Notes under the pieces: generated by a model
Databases searched by the model: none
Seen by the model: only the letters and a program-made list of their open reading frames with translations
Told to the model about the DNA's origin: nothing
Translations under genes and position numbers: made by a program
From: Microvirga sp.
Lineage (GTDB): Bacteria > Pseudomonadota > Alphaproteobacteria > Rhizobiales > Beijerinckiaceae
NCBI GenBank assembly: GCA_036263675.1
Contig: DATAGO010000053.1
Coordinates: 48,902-112,901 of the forward strand
Direction: 5' to 3'
Length of the DNA: 64,000 nucleotides
Part shown: piece after piece, positions 1 to 10,700 of the stretch
Numbering within the stretch: position 1 is the stretch's first letter
Layout of the letters: every line of letters begins with the position of its first letter

Positions 1-198
1 TGGGATGCGTTCCAGGCGGCTTACGAGACCGTGCTCCACCGCTGCTCCACTCCTTTCGCGCCCTGGCACGTGATCCCCGCCGACCGCAAATGGGCCCGGA
101 ACGCCGCGATCGCCCGCATCGTGCGGGCGACGCTGGAGGAGATGGATCCGCAATACCCGGAAGCGGCCTGGGACCCGGGCGCCCACAAGGTCACCTAG
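1..198 (+). CDS. polyphosphate kinase 2 (PPK2) family protein, C-terminal fragment (5' end lies outside the window)
   Basis: Frame 1 is open from base 1 to TAG at 196-198. It reads WDAFQAAYETVLHRCSTPFAPWHVIPADRKWARNAAIARIVRATLEEM, which matches the conserved PPK2 C-terminal region (APWxVIPADxKWxRN) as I remember it. Confidence 0.7.
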   Translation, partial: WDAFQAAYETVLHRCSTPFAPWHVIPADRKWARNAAIARIVRATLEEMDPQYPEAAWDPGAHKVT

Positions 199-313
199 AA
201 GCACGCCCGGACCTGCATTCTCCGCCGGAGCGCCCGAGACCCCGCCTTTCGCGGATCGGCCGAAATGCTAAGGTGGCTCGAAGCGGCGCCGGTCCGCGCC
301 CCGGGAGCCCGCG

Positions 314-1099
314 ATGGACAGGATCGAGGTCCTCCGCCGCTTCGACGCGGAGGTCCGCACCCGCACGGAGGCGGCGCCGGGCTTCGCGATCGCGTGGGAC
401 GGCCCCGTGCTCCGCATGGTCGGACCCGGCCCGGAGGCGTCCGCCAACGGCGTCCTGGCCTCCCGTCTCGACGAGGCGTCGGCCGACGCCGCGATCGCCG
501 GAACGATCGCCTTCTTCCGCGACCGGGGCAGCGCCTTCGAGTGGAAGCTCTACGACTACGACAGCCCGGCCGATCTCGCCTCCCGCCTGGCGGCGGCCGG
601 CCTCGAGCCGGAGGAGCCCGAGACCTTCGTGGCCTTCCCGGTCGAGACCGGCGCCCGCTTCCGCGACCCTCCGCCCGGCGTCCGGATCGAGCGCGTCGAC
701 GACCCGGCCACCTTCGGAGCGATCGAGCAGGTCAACGGCGCCGTCTACGGCCGGCCCGATCACGCCCGCTGGCTCGCCGCCACGGTGGCGGCCGAGAAGC
801 GGGGCGATCCGGATGCCCTGAGCGTCCACGCCGCCTTCGCGGGCGACGAGCCGGTCGCGGTCGCCTGGATGCGGCACCGGCGCGGCGATGCCTTCGGCAG
901 CCTCTGGGGCGGCGCGACCCTCGCGCCCTGGCGCGGGCGGGGCCTCTACTCGGCGCTGGTGGGGGCCCGCGTCGCCGAGGCGCGGGCGCGCGGCTGCCGC
1001 TGGCTGACCGTCGATTGCAGCCCCATGAGCCTGCCGATCCTGGTCCGCTGCGGCTTCACGCCGCTCGCCGTCACGACCCCCTACATCTGGTCGCCCTGA
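314..1099 (+). CDS. GNAT family N-acetyltransferase
   Basis: 261-aa ORF with GC-rich third positions. The C-terminal half has an acetyl-CoA-binding-like segment, WGGATLAPWRGRGLYSALVGARVAEARARGCRWLTV. Confidence 0.65.
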   Translation: MDRIEVLRRFDAEVRTRTEAAPGFAIAWDGPVLRMVGPGPEASANGVLASRLDEASADAAIAGTIAFFRDRGSAFEWKLYDYDSPADLASRLAAAGLEPEEPETFVAFPVETGARFRDPPPGVRIERVDDPATFGAIEQVNGAVYGRPDHARWLAATVAAEKRGDPDALSVHAAFAGDEPVAVAWMRHRRGDAFGSLWGGATLAPWRGRGLYSALVGARVAEARARGCRWLTVDCSPMSLPILVRCGFTPLAVTTPYIWSP

Positions 1100-1265
1100 T
1101 GCGGGCGAACCCCGCATCGGAACGGTCCCGCCGTGGCGAGATCTTCCCGGAGGACAGGGCCGAGCCTGTGACAAAAGCGGCCGCGGCTCGCCATGACTTT
1201 GCTGTTGAAGTATGGTTCAGTTCCATGCCAAGCCAGGTTTTGGGCTGGAACGTTCAGCAAACGCG

Positions 1266-3515
1266 ATGGCAAAGCGGCGCAAGATCCTGACGAGAACGGC
1301 CCTCTGCCTTGCTGTGGGTGCGTTCGCGGTCGCCGTTTCGATCGCAATCCGCGTGGCGGACCCGGCGCCGATCGCCTCGCTTCGGGACCAGACCTTCGAT
1401 TTCTTTCAGCGGCTGACCCCGCGGACCTACGGCGACCTGCCGGTGCGCGTCGTCGACATCGACGACGCCTCCCTGTCGGACATCGGGCAATGGCCCTGGC
1501 CGCGCACCCGCGTCGCCGCCCTGGTGCGGCGCCTGGGCGAGCTCGGCGCCGCGACGGTCGCTCTCGACGTGATCCTGGCGGAGCCCGACCGCACCTCCCC
1601 GACCCGGATCGCCGACACCCTCGACCTGACCTCGCCGCAGCGGCAGCAGGAGCTCGCCGCGATCCTGAGCGGATTGCCGGACCACGACGCCGTCCTGGCC
1701 GATGCGATCCGCGGGGCCCCGGTGGTGCTCGGCTATGCCAGCACCGAACAGGCCAACGGAAGCCGCCCGTCGCGCAAGAGCGGTTACGCGACCGCCGGCG
1801 CGAACCCGGCGACCTTCCTGCCGCCCTTCGCGGGCGCCGTCACGAACCTGCCGATCCTCGACGCGGCCGCCAAGGGAGCGGGCAGCCTGAGCCTCGGGCC
1901 CCGCAACGAATCCGGCATCGTGCGGCGGCTGCCTCTCGTCTTCACCGACGGCCAGCAGCTCTACTCGGGACTCGTGCTCGAGGCCCTGCGGGTGGCGCAA
2001 GGGGCCTCCTCGGTCACGATCCGAAGCACCGGGGCCAGCGGCGAGAACGCCGGCGGCAAGGTCGCGACGGTCGACCTGCGGGTCGGCGACTTCCGCGTGC
2101 CGCTCGCGGCGCAGGGCGAGCTGATGCTCTACTACGACCACAACCGTCCGGAGCGCTACGTCTCGGCCCGGGACGTGCTCGACCCCGCCCAGACCGAGCG
2201 GGTCCGGCCGCTGATCGAGGGGCAGATCGTCTTCGTGGGCGCCTCGGCCTCGGGGCTGCTCGACCAGCGGGTCACCTCGCTCGGGCAGGTGGTCCCCGGC
2301 GTCTCCATCCACGCACAGGCCGCCGAGCAGATCCTCTCGCAGGACTTCCTGCGCCGGCCGGACTGGGCCGACGGGCTCGAGACCCTGGCGACGATCGCCT
2401 TCTGCCTCCTCGTCTCCTTCCTGCTCTTGACCTTGAGCGCCCGCTACGCCGCGGCGGTGATCACGCTCGTGAACGCGGCGATCCTCGGCGGGGCCTGGCT
2501 GGCCTTCACCGAGCTCAGGCTCCTGATCGACCCGGTCTTCGCGGTCCTGACGGCCTCGATCCTCTACTTCGCGATCACGGCGATCCTGTACTTCACGACC
2601 GACCGCGACAAGCGCTTCGTCCGCGAGGCCTTCGGCCGCTACCTCGCGCCCGAGCTCCTCGCCGAGCTCGAGCAGTCGCACGACAAGCTCAAGCTCGGCG
2701 GCGAGATCCGCGACATGACCATCATGTTCATGGACGTGCGGGACTTCACCCCGATCTCGGAGGTGCTCACCGCCGAGGAACTCATCGGCTTCCTCAATGC
2801 GCTCTTCTCGCCGCTCACCGACGCGATCCAGGTCGAGCGGGGCACCGTCGACAAGTACATCGGCGATTCCGTCATGGCGTTCTGGAACGCGCCGGTCAGC
2901 GTGCCGAACCACGCCGCCCATGCCTGCCGGGCGGCGCTGCAGATGGCGGCCGTCGTCGACCGGATGAACGCCGAGGATGCCTTCGGCTTCGCGGGCCGCG
3001 GCTCGCCCCACCTCAAGGTGAAGATCGGCATCGGGCTCAACACCGGCGAAGCCTGCGTCGGCAACATGGGCTCGGAGCGGCGCTTCAATTATTCGGTGGT
3101 GGGCGATGCCGTGAACATCGCGGCGCGGATCGAGTCGAGCTGCAAGGCCGTCGGCGTCACCGTGCTCGTGTCCGAGGACACCGCGCGGGCCGCACCGGGC
3201 TTCGCGTTCCTCGAGGCGGGCGCCGTGCCGCTCAAGGGCAAGTCCAACGCCGTGAAGCTGTTCGGCCTCGTGGGCGACGAAGCCCATGCCGCGACGCCCG
3301 CATTCCGCCGCCTTGCGGACGAGCACGCACGCCTGATCGCGGCCATCGCGGCGCAGGACCGCACAAAATCTCTGGAGGCGTTGCTTTCTTGCCGCGCTCT
3401 CTCGGGCAAAGAACTCGCGGCGTTTTATGAGGCTTTCACGAAGATCATCCGCGATCTTCCGGGTCTTCCCGAAGTGTCCAACGACATCCCCGCAATCGAG
3501 GCGGCCGCCATTTAA
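1266..3515 (+). CDS. CHASE2 sensor domain-containing class III adenylate/guanylate cyclase
   Basis: Start moved to ATG 1266 (MAKRRKILTRTALCLAVGAFAV, an N-terminal TM helix). A periplasmic-type region is followed by three TM helices (LATIAFCLLVSFLLL and onward). The C-terminal cyclase core reads MFMDVRDFTPISE, KYIGDSVMAFWNAP and GLNTGEACVGNMGSERRFNYSVVGDAVNIAARIES. Confidence 0.85.
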   Translation: MAKRRKILTRTALCLAVGAFAVAVSIAIRVADPAPIASLRDQTFDFFQRLTPRTYGDLPVRVVDIDDASLSDIGQWPWPRTRVAALVRRLGELGAATVALDVILAEPDRTSPTRIADTLDLTSPQRQQELAAILSGLPDHDAVLADAIRGAPVVLGYASTEQANGSRPSRKSGYATAGANPATFLPPFAGAVTNLPILDAAAKGAGSLSLGPRNESGIVRRLPLVFTDGQQLYSGLVLEALRVAQGASSVTIRSTGASGENAGGKVATVDLRVGDFRVPLAAQGELMLYYDHNRPERYVSARDVLDPAQTERVRPLIEGQIVFVGASASGLLDQRVTSLGQVVPGVSIHAQAAEQILSQDFLRRPDWADGLETLATIAFCLLVSFLLLTLSARYAAAVITLVNAAILGGAWLAFTELRLLIDPVFAVLTASILYFAITAILYFTTDRDKRFVREAFGRYLAPELLAELEQSHDKLKLGGEIRDMTIMFMDVRDFTPISEVLTAEELIGFLNALFSPLTDAIQVERGTVDKYIGDSVMAFWNAPVSVPNHAAHACRAALQMAAVVDRMNAEDAFGFAGRGSPHLKVKIGIGLNTGEACVGNMGSERRFNYSVVGDAVNIAARIESSCKAVGVTVLVSEDTARAAPGFAFLEAGAVPLKGKSNAVKLFGLVGDEAHAATPAFRRLADEHARLIAAIAAQDRTKSLEALLSCRALSGKELAAFYEAFTKIIRDLPGLPEVSNDIPAIEAAAI

Positions 3516-3684
3516 GTCATGCCGAAGCACTCGGGCCCCGCTCCGGCCTCGCCGGCGCCCGCCCATGCTCGGATCGACGGCTCGGAGATCGGGCGCCGAC
3601 GGGAATTTTAAGGCCGCGTTAAGCTTAGGCCCGCCTGGAGCCGCGACGGAATCCGCCGTCGGCAGGTCGAAGCTCAACCGGTGC

Positions 3685-3713
3685 TTGACGCGCCCCCCTC
3701 CCCGACCTTTTAT
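3685..3713 (+). promoter_or_regulatory. possible sigma70-type promoter for the downstream outer-membrane protein gene
   Basis: TTGACG at 3685-3690, a 17-nt spacer, then TTTTAT at 3708-3713, about 40 nt upstream of ATG 3753. This is a motif match only. Confidence 0.3.
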
Positions 3714-3752
3714 GGCGGCGGCGGGGCGAGCGACCTCCGGCAGGGATTTGCA

Positions 3753-5132
3753 ATGCGACACTGGCTGACATCGCTGGCGGCGACGGCCTGCGTCTGCGCG
3801 GCGGCAGCCGTCGCGGCGCCGGCTTCGGCGCAGGCGCCCGGACCCGGCCAGGGCTTGAATGCCGTTCTTCAGGCCGCCGATCCGACGCTGCGGGCCGAAT
3901 ACGAAGCCCTCTTTCGCCGCATCCTCGCCAACCCGGCCGATCTCGACGTCAACTTCCGCTTCTCGGAGGTCGCCACCCAGATCGGCGACCTCGAGGCCGC
4001 GATCGGTGCGCTCGAGCGCATCGTGTTCTACAACCCGAACCTGCCGCGGGTGCGGCTCGAGCTCGGCATCCTGTATTTCCGCCTCGGCTCCTACGCGATG
4101 GCGCGAGAGTATTTCGAGAGCGCGATCGCCGGACCGGAGGTGCCGCCCGAGCTGACGAGCCGGGTGCGCGGCTTCCTCGCCGAGATCGACCGCCGGCTCA
4201 GCACCACGCAATGGTCCTTCTACGGCCAGACCGGTTTCCGCCACCAGACGAACGCGAGCGCCGGACCGTCGAGCCCGGTGGTGCGCTCCTTCGGAACGAC
4301 CGGGCTGCTCGACCGCCGCTTCGTCCGCCGGCCCGACTGGAACGCCTTCGCGCTCGGGTCGCTGCGCCACATCTACGACTTCGAGAACCAGCGCGGCGAC
4401 GTGTGGGAGACCAACGTCTCGACCTACAACGCGCGGCAGTTCCAGGTCAGGCGGCTCGACGTCAACCTGCTCGAGGTCCAGACCGGGCCGCGCTTCGCCC
4501 TCAACCCCGAGGAATGGCCCGGGGCCTATGTCCGCTCCTACTTCGTGGGTGGGGTGGTGGCGCTCGGCGGGTCCTATTATCTCGGCACCGCCGGCGCGGG
4601 CGTCGGGATCGGCACGTCCTTCGGCTCGCTCCTGGTCGAGCCCTTCGCGGAGTACCGCCGCCGCGACTTCGGCAATTCCCGGGACTACCCGACCGCGACG
4701 CAGCAGGAGGGCGACCTCTGGACGGCCGGCCTCGTCGCGGGAAGCCCGCTCGGCGGCCCCCTGCGCTGGCAGGCGCGCGCGGCCTATGTGGACAACGAGA
4801 CGCAGGAGCGTTTCCGCTTCTTCGGCTTCCGGCAGGCGAACGTCGACGTCGCGCTCCCGTTCGACTTCACCGGCCCCTGGGGCGACCGGCCCTGGACGCT
4901 CACGCCCTATGCGGGTTTCAGCTACACCGATTACGACGCCCCGAACCGGGCGGTCGACCCGCGGGTGAGCCGCGAGGACCGGGAGTGGCGCGTCGGCGCC
5001 GGCATCGATCTGCCGCTGTACCAGAACATCGGCTTCGGCGCGCAGATCACCTACAGCCGGACGGATTCCAACATCCGGAACTATCGGCTCGACAATCTGG
5101 CGATCGGCTTCGGCCCGACCTTGCGGTTCTGA
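3753..5132 (+). CDS. TPR-containing outer-membrane beta-barrel protein (Slam/DUF560-like architecture)
   Basis: Start at ATG 3753 gives the signal peptide MRHWLTSLAATACVCAAAAVAAPASA. The N-terminal part is TPR-like (LEAAIGALERIVFYNPNLPRVRLELGILYFRLGSYAMAREYFESA). It is followed by alternating hydrophobic beta-strand patterns and an OMP-type C-terminus, GPTLRF. Confidence 0.6.
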   Translation: MRHWLTSLAATACVCAAAAVAAPASAQAPGPGQGLNAVLQAADPTLRAEYEALFRRILANPADLDVNFRFSEVATQIGDLEAAIGALERIVFYNPNLPRVRLELGILYFRLGSYAMAREYFESAIAGPEVPPELTSRVRGFLAEIDRRLSTTQWSFYGQTGFRHQTNASAGPSSPVVRSFGTTGLLDRRFVRRPDWNAFALGSLRHIYDFENQRGDVWETNVSTYNARQFQVRRLDVNLLEVQTGPRFALNPEEWPGAYVRSYFVGGVVALGGSYYLGTAGAGVGIGTSFGSLLVEPFAEYRRRDFGNSRDYPTATQQEGDLWTAGLVAGSPLGGPLRWQARAAYVDNETQERFRFFGFRQANVDVALPFDFTGPWGDRPWTLTPYAGFSYTDYDAPNRAVDPRVSREDREWRVGAGIDLPLYQNIGFGAQITYSRTDSNIRNYRLDNLAIGFGPTLRF

Positions 5133-5186
5133 AGCGCCGGCGCGGCGCGGGCGGCGCTCCTTCGCCGCCCCGCATCTCTCGGGCCG

Positions 5187-6299
<1,113 letters not shown>

Positions 6300-6457
6300 G
6301 CCGGCTCTTCCTCTCGATGCGGGAGCGCATTTAGGGCGGGGGCGCAGGTCCTGCCAAGCCGGACCGCGGCGTTTCGCGCCGCGGCGGGGCGCGCCTTGCG
6401 TCCGAGACGACGATGGCCGGGCGGCATGTCGACGTGCGAACCGCGTCCGGGCGCCGG

Positions 6458-7522
6458 TCACCCGGACTCCGGCGGGTCTTCGGTCCCGTGTACGCCATCC
6501 GGCTCGAGGGTCCCGCATGGCGGTGTCGCCGCGAGAGCGGCGGCGATCGCGTGCCAGGCGGGCTTGCGCCGCAGGCGGCGGTCCAGGGGAAGCGGGCGCA
6601 CCGGGGCACCGTCTTCGCGAGGCCGAAATGCGGAGAGCCAGGTGCGCGCGTCGGCGAGGCCCCAGGTCGTCACCGCGAGCGTCGGACAGGCTTCGAGCAC
6701 GAGCCCTATGTGGCGGCGATAGGCGTCGGCCACCATGGCGTCGCGCCTGTCGCGGGGGCAGCGCCAGTCGGCGACATCCATCTCCGTGATCATGACGGAA
6801 AGCCCAAGCCCTGCGACCTCGCGCAGGAAGGCGGCCAGCGCCGGGTGGTCGCGCGGCTGGCTTCCCGCCTCGATGTGGGACTGCATCCCAAGGGCGTGGA
6901 TCGGGGTCCCGGCCGCCAGTTCCCGCTCGAGCAGGTCGAGCATCGCCCGCCGCTTGGCGTCGGCATCGGGCGAGTCGTATTCGAGCCCCATCTCGTTGAG
7001 GACGAGCACCGCGCGGGCGTCGGCCTCCGCGGCCGCCCGGAAGGCGGCGCCGACATAGCCCGGACCGAAGGCGTCGAGAAAGGGAGAGGCGCGCAGGCCG
7101 CCGCTGCGCCCGTGATCGAGATCGAGGGGCTCGTTGACCACGTCCCAGGACGCGATCCGGCCCGCATAGCGGCCGACGGCCGCGCCGAGGTGATCAAAGG
7201 CGGCCGCGGCGAACCGGTCTCGCGGAGCCCCGGACCAGGGGGGCGGCACCGATTCGTGCCACCACAGGGTATGGCCGTGCACGGCGAGGCCGTGGGCGCC
7301 CGCGAAGCCCACCAGCGCATCGGCGGGCCCGTAGCCCACGCGCTCGACCGCGTCCCACTTCATCTCGTATTCGGCGGAGATCAGGCTGCACTCGCGAAGG
7401 AGCGCCGCCCGGTAGGCCTCCGAATCGAGGTCGGCGGTCGAGACCGCCGCCCCGAACAGCAGGCCGCGCGTCCGGGCGAGGTCGCGAAGGCCGGGGCGGT
7501 CCTGGGGGTGCGGCTTTCTCAT
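6458..7522 (-). CDS. glycoside hydrolase family 10 (endo-1,4-beta-xylanase-like)
   Basis: GH10 catalytic signatures WDVVNEP (acid/base) and VMITEMDV (nucleophile), plus HGHTLWWH. No obvious signal peptide or Shine-Dalgarno sequence. Confidence 0.7.
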   Translation of the reverse strand: MRKPHPQDRPGLRDLARTRGLLFGAAVSTADLDSEAYRAALLRECSLISAEYEMKWDAVERVGYGPADALVGFAGAHGLAVHGHTLWWHESVPPPWSGAPRDRFAAAAFDHLGAAVGRYAGRIASWDVVNEPLDLDHGRSGGLRASPFLDAFGPGYVGAAFRAAAEADARAVLVLNEMGLEYDSPDADAKRRAMLDLLERELAAGTPIHALGMQSHIEAGSQPRDHPALAAFLREVAGLGLSVMITEMDVADWRCPRDRRDAMVADAYRRHIGLVLEACPTLAVTTWGLADARTWLSAFRPREDGAPVRPLPLDRRLRRKPAWHAIAAALAATPPCGTLEPDGVHGTEDPPESG

Positions 7523-7593
7523 CGGAGGTCGTGATCTATGTAAGGGATGGGTCTCCCGGGAGAACCCGGCCCGGACACCCGCATCTCGACCCC

Positions 7594-9624
7594 ATGAAGA
7601 TCCGCAACATCCTCCTCGCCCTCATCGCCTTCCTGGGCGTCGCGCTGATCGCCACCGTCGCGCTCCAGATCCGTGGCGAGGTCAGGGATTACCGGGAGGC
7701 GCAGCGGCTTTCGGCCTCGAACGCGGCACGGGAGCAGCTTCTGCGGGCCTCCGCGGCCCTGGCCGACGAGCGCACCGAAACCTACGGGCACCTGCTCGAT
7801 CCGGTGCGCCGCCCCGGCCTGCCGCCGGGGGTCGAGGCCGCCCGAGGGCGGGTCGATGCCGCACGGGGCGCCGCCGAGGCGCTCATCCGCAAGGACACCG
7901 ACCGCCTGAGCCACGCGGGGTCGAGCCTCCAGACGCTCGCCCATGTCGACCGGGAACTGAAGGGCCTGCGCGCCCAGGCGAACGCCGCCCTCGCCGCGAC
8001 CGACGCCGCCGAGGGTCGACGGCTCGCGCCGCGCTGGTTTTCCGAGGTGACCCGGATCCTCGAAGAGGCCCAATCCCTGCGCCTGACCCTGCTGCAGCAG
8101 GAACGATCGCCGGATCCCGCGGCCCGCGCGGAGGCCTTGCTGCGCTACTATTCCGGCCTCCTCGCCGAGGCCGTCGCCCGCAATCACGCCCTGCTCACCC
8201 AGGCGCTCGCAGGCCGGGCCGGCCTCGGCGGCGCGGAGCTCGACGCCGCGAGCCGGAACGTCGGGCGGGCCCAGCTTGCCTGGGAGCTGATGAACGAGCA
8301 GCTCACCGCGCCCCTCGACCCGGGCGTCCGGGCAAGCCTGACCGCCGCGCGCGGGCAATACGCCACCGCGCTCAGCCCCTTGCAGGAGACGCTCCTGAGC
8401 TCCCTGCGGGGCCGCGCCTGGTCGTCCATCACCGCGGACCAATGGTCCGATGCCGCCCAGGCGGCGCTGCAGACGATCACGCGGTTGCAGGAGGATCTCC
8501 TGCGAAGCTCCCGCGAGCGCCTCGACGCCCAGGTGAGCCGGGCGCTGGGGTCGCTCGTGCTGTGGACGGCCCTCCTGCTCGCCGGGATCGCCGCCGTTTT
8601 CGCGAGCGGGCTCTTCGTCAGCCGACGGATCGTGTTCCCGCTCGAGGCGCTGCGGCGCGCCATGCTGCGCCTGGCCGAGAACGATCTTGCGACCCCCCTG
8701 CCGCGCTTCGCCCGGATGGACGAGATCGGCGAGATGAGCGACGCGCTGCGCGTCTTCAAGGCGAACGCGGTGCGGCGCCACCGCCTGCAGGAGGACAAGG
8801 AGACGCTGCACGCGCGCCTCACGGACACGTACCGCCAATTGCGGGCGGACCTCGACGCGGCCGCCACGATTCAGGCCGCGATGCTCCCCGCTCCCGCTTC
8901 GATCGCGGGCGTGCGGTACCGCGGCCTCTACCGTCCTTCCAGCGTGATCGCAGGCGACACCTACAACGTCCTCAAGCGCAACGACGGCCGCATCGGGTTC
9001 TTCCAGGTCGACGTCGCCGGGCATGGGGCGCCCGCGGCCCTCATCTCCGTGGCCTCCCACCATTCCCTGTCGCAGGCCCTCCTCAAGCAGGCGGACGGCA
9101 TGCCGATCGAGGCGGTGGCGGCGCAGATCAACGACGACTGGCCGGAGGATCTGCCCTATTTCACGATGGTTCTCGGCGAAATCGACTCTCGGACCGGGCG
9201 CGGCGCCATCGTGCAGGCCGGACACCCGCCCCCGCTCCTGATCGGGCGCGACGGCGCGGTGCGCGCCATCGGGGAAGGCGGGCTTCCGATCGGGATGTTC
9301 GCGGGGGCGCAGTTCGATCCGGTCGCGTTCGACGTCGCCGAGGGCGATCGCCTCGTGCTCTATTCCGACGGACTGGTCGAAGCCCACAGCCCGTCCGGGG
9401 AGATCTTCTCGGAGGAGCGCCTGCTCGAGCTGGTGCAGTCCCGGGCCGATGCGGCCACGGAGACGCTCCTCGACGCCATCGATTCGGCGGTGCGGATCTG
9501 GTCCGGCGCCGACACTCTCGAGGACGACCTGAGCGTTCTGGTGCTGGAGCGCCTGCCGAGGCCCGTGCGGGGTCCGGCACTGCGCGCAGACGCGTCACGG
9601 GATCGCGCAGATGCGGTGGGTTAG
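7594..9624 (+). CDS. HAMP domain-containing PP2C/SpoIIE serine phosphatase (RsbU-like)
   Basis: Start at ATG 7594 (MKIRNILLALIAFLGVALIATVAL). It has a helical periplasmic-type sensor, a second TM helix, a HAMP domain (PLEALRRAMLRLAENDLATPLP...EIGEMSDALRVFK) and a SpoIIE/PP2C core (AGDTYNV...FFQVDVAGHGAPAAL...VQAGHPPPLL...LVLYSDGLVEA...DDLSVLVLER). Confidence 0.8.
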   Translation: MKIRNILLALIAFLGVALIATVALQIRGEVRDYREAQRLSASNAAREQLLRASAALADERTETYGHLLDPVRRPGLPPGVEAARGRVDAARGAAEALIRKDTDRLSHAGSSLQTLAHVDRELKGLRAQANAALAATDAAEGRRLAPRWFSEVTRILEEAQSLRLTLLQQERSPDPAARAEALLRYYSGLLAEAVARNHALLTQALAGRAGLGGAELDAASRNVGRAQLAWELMNEQLTAPLDPGVRASLTAARGQYATALSPLQETLLSSLRGRAWSSITADQWSDAAQAALQTITRLQEDLLRSSRERLDAQVSRALGSLVLWTALLLAGIAAVFASGLFVSRRIVFPLEALRRAMLRLAENDLATPLPRFARMDEIGEMSDALRVFKANAVRRHRLQEDKETLHARLTDTYRQLRADLDAAATIQAAMLPAPASIAGVRYRGLYRPSSVIAGDTYNVLKRNDGRIGFFQVDVAGHGAPAALISVASHHSLSQALLKQADGMPIEAVAAQINDDWPEDLPYFTMVLGEIDSRTGRGAIVQAGHPPPLLIGRDGAVRAIGEGGLPIGMFAGAQFDPVAFDVAEGDRLVLYSDGLVEAHSPSGEIFSEERLLELVQSRADAATETLLDAIDSAVRIWSGADTLEDDLSVLVLERLPRPVRGPALRADASRDRADAVG

Positions 9625-9691
9625 GCATGGTGGACAGACCGGAGCGGCGCCGCTCGCGGCCGGGCCCGGATAGGGAAGAGGAGAGATCCCG

Positions 9692-10027
9692 ATGCTCAGC
9701 GAAGAGCAGCGCAACGACGTTCTGATCGTGCGCGTCGACGAGAAACGCGTCGATGCCAGCAGGGCGCCGCTGTTCAAGGACGAGATGACGCGCCGCATCG
9801 AGGCCGGGCACACCCGCCTCGTCCTCGATCTCAGCGGCGTCGAGTTCGTGGACAGCTCGGGTCTCGGCGCGATCGTGGCCTGCCTGAAACGGCTCGGGCC
9901 GCGGGGCGACCTCGCGATCGCGGGCGCGAAGGGTCCCGTGAGCCGCCTGTTCACGCTCACCCGCATGGACAAGGTCTTTCGCCTGCACGACACGGTCGAG
10001 GCCGCGGTCGCGCAGATGTCGTCATGA
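9692..10027 (+). CDS. STAS domain anti-sigma-factor antagonist (RsbV/SpoIIAA-like)
   Basis: 111 aa with GAGGAG upstream. The STAS signature LVLDLSGVEFVDSSGLGAIVACLKRL contains the phosphorylatable Ser in DSSGLG. Confidence 0.85.
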   Translation: MLSEEQRNDVLIVRVDEKRVDASRAPLFKDEMTRRIEAGHTRLVLDLSGVEFVDSSGLGAIVACLKRLGPRGDLAIAGAKGPVSRLFTLTRMDKVFRLHDTVEAAVAQMSS

Positions 10028-10122
10028 GGGACGGCCCCGCGTCTGCGCCTCCCGATCGGCAGGATCGGGCGACGCTTCGGCGGCAGCGCGGGCCCGCAGG
10101 GTCCTGAAGGGAGTCCGGAACG

Positions 10123-10563
10123 ATGTCGGTCGGGATGCGGCTTCATATCGACAGCGATTTCGACAAGGTCGCGCTGCTCGCCCGGGCCGTCCGGGCGCTG
10201 TGCGCCGAACTGCTCGACGCGGAAGCCGCGGATGCGGTCGAGATCAGCCTCGTCGAGGCGGTCAACAACGTGATCGAGCACGGCTACGAGGGAAAACCCG
10301 GACGCGACGTCGGCGTCGAGGTGTCGGTTCATCCCGACCGGATCGTGATCGAAGTCGTCGACCAGGCGGCCCCGATGAAATCCGGTGCCCTGAGCGAAGC
10401 CGCATCGGAGATCGTCTTCGACGAAACCAACATCGACAGCCTGCCGGAGGGCGGGATGGGGCTCGCCCTCATCCGCATGAGCATGGACGAAGTGGAGTAC
10501 TGCGCCGCACCGGGCGAGAACCGGCTCCGTATGGTGAAGCGGATCCCCGCCCCCGCGGGCTGA
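10123..10563 (+). CDS. anti-sigma regulatory factor, serine/threonine kinase (RsbW/SpoIIAB-like, HATPase_c)
   Basis: 146 aa with GAAGGGAG upstream. N-box EAVNNVIEHG and G-box EGGMGLALIRMSMDEV. Confidence 0.8.
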   Translation: MSVGMRLHIDSDFDKVALLARAVRALCAELLDAEAADAVEISLVEAVNNVIEHGYEGKPGRDVGVEVSVHPDRIVIEVVDQAAPMKSGALSEAASEIVFDETNIDSLPEGGMGLALIRMSMDEVEYCAAPGENRLRMVKRIPAPAG

Positions 10564-10586
10564 GGCTTGCCCGGCGAGGCCCCGAT

Positions 10587-10700
10587 CCGGGACGCAATCC
10601 CCGGCGGGGTTGAGGGACAGGAGCCCGGGACGCGATCTCCGGCGGCGTGCAGGGTCAGGAGCCCGGGACGCGATCCCCGGCGGTGTGCAGGGTCAGGAGC
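10587..10700. repeat. three tandem copies of a 38-bp unit (CCGGGACGCGATCCCCGGCGGTGTGCAGGGTCAGGAGC)
   Basis: Copies at 10587-10624, 10625-10662 and 10663-10700 differ at only a few positions. They are contiguous with no spacers. The last copy supplies the final codons and stop (10693-10695) of the minus-strand gene. Confidence 0.9.

Noticed and set aside
1254-4370. 1038-aa minus-strand ORF lying antisense to the CHASE2 cyclase and the following OMP gene
   Set aside because: It is Arg/Gly/Pro/Ala-rich low-complexity translation with no motifs, and it lies entirely opposite two genes with clear domain signatures. This is the typical stop-codon-poor antisense frame of high-GC DNA.
10587-10700. 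Considered whether the 38-bp repeats are a small CRISPR array
   Set aside because: The units are directly contiguous with no spacers, there are only three copies, no cas genes lie nearby, and one unit is part of a CDS.
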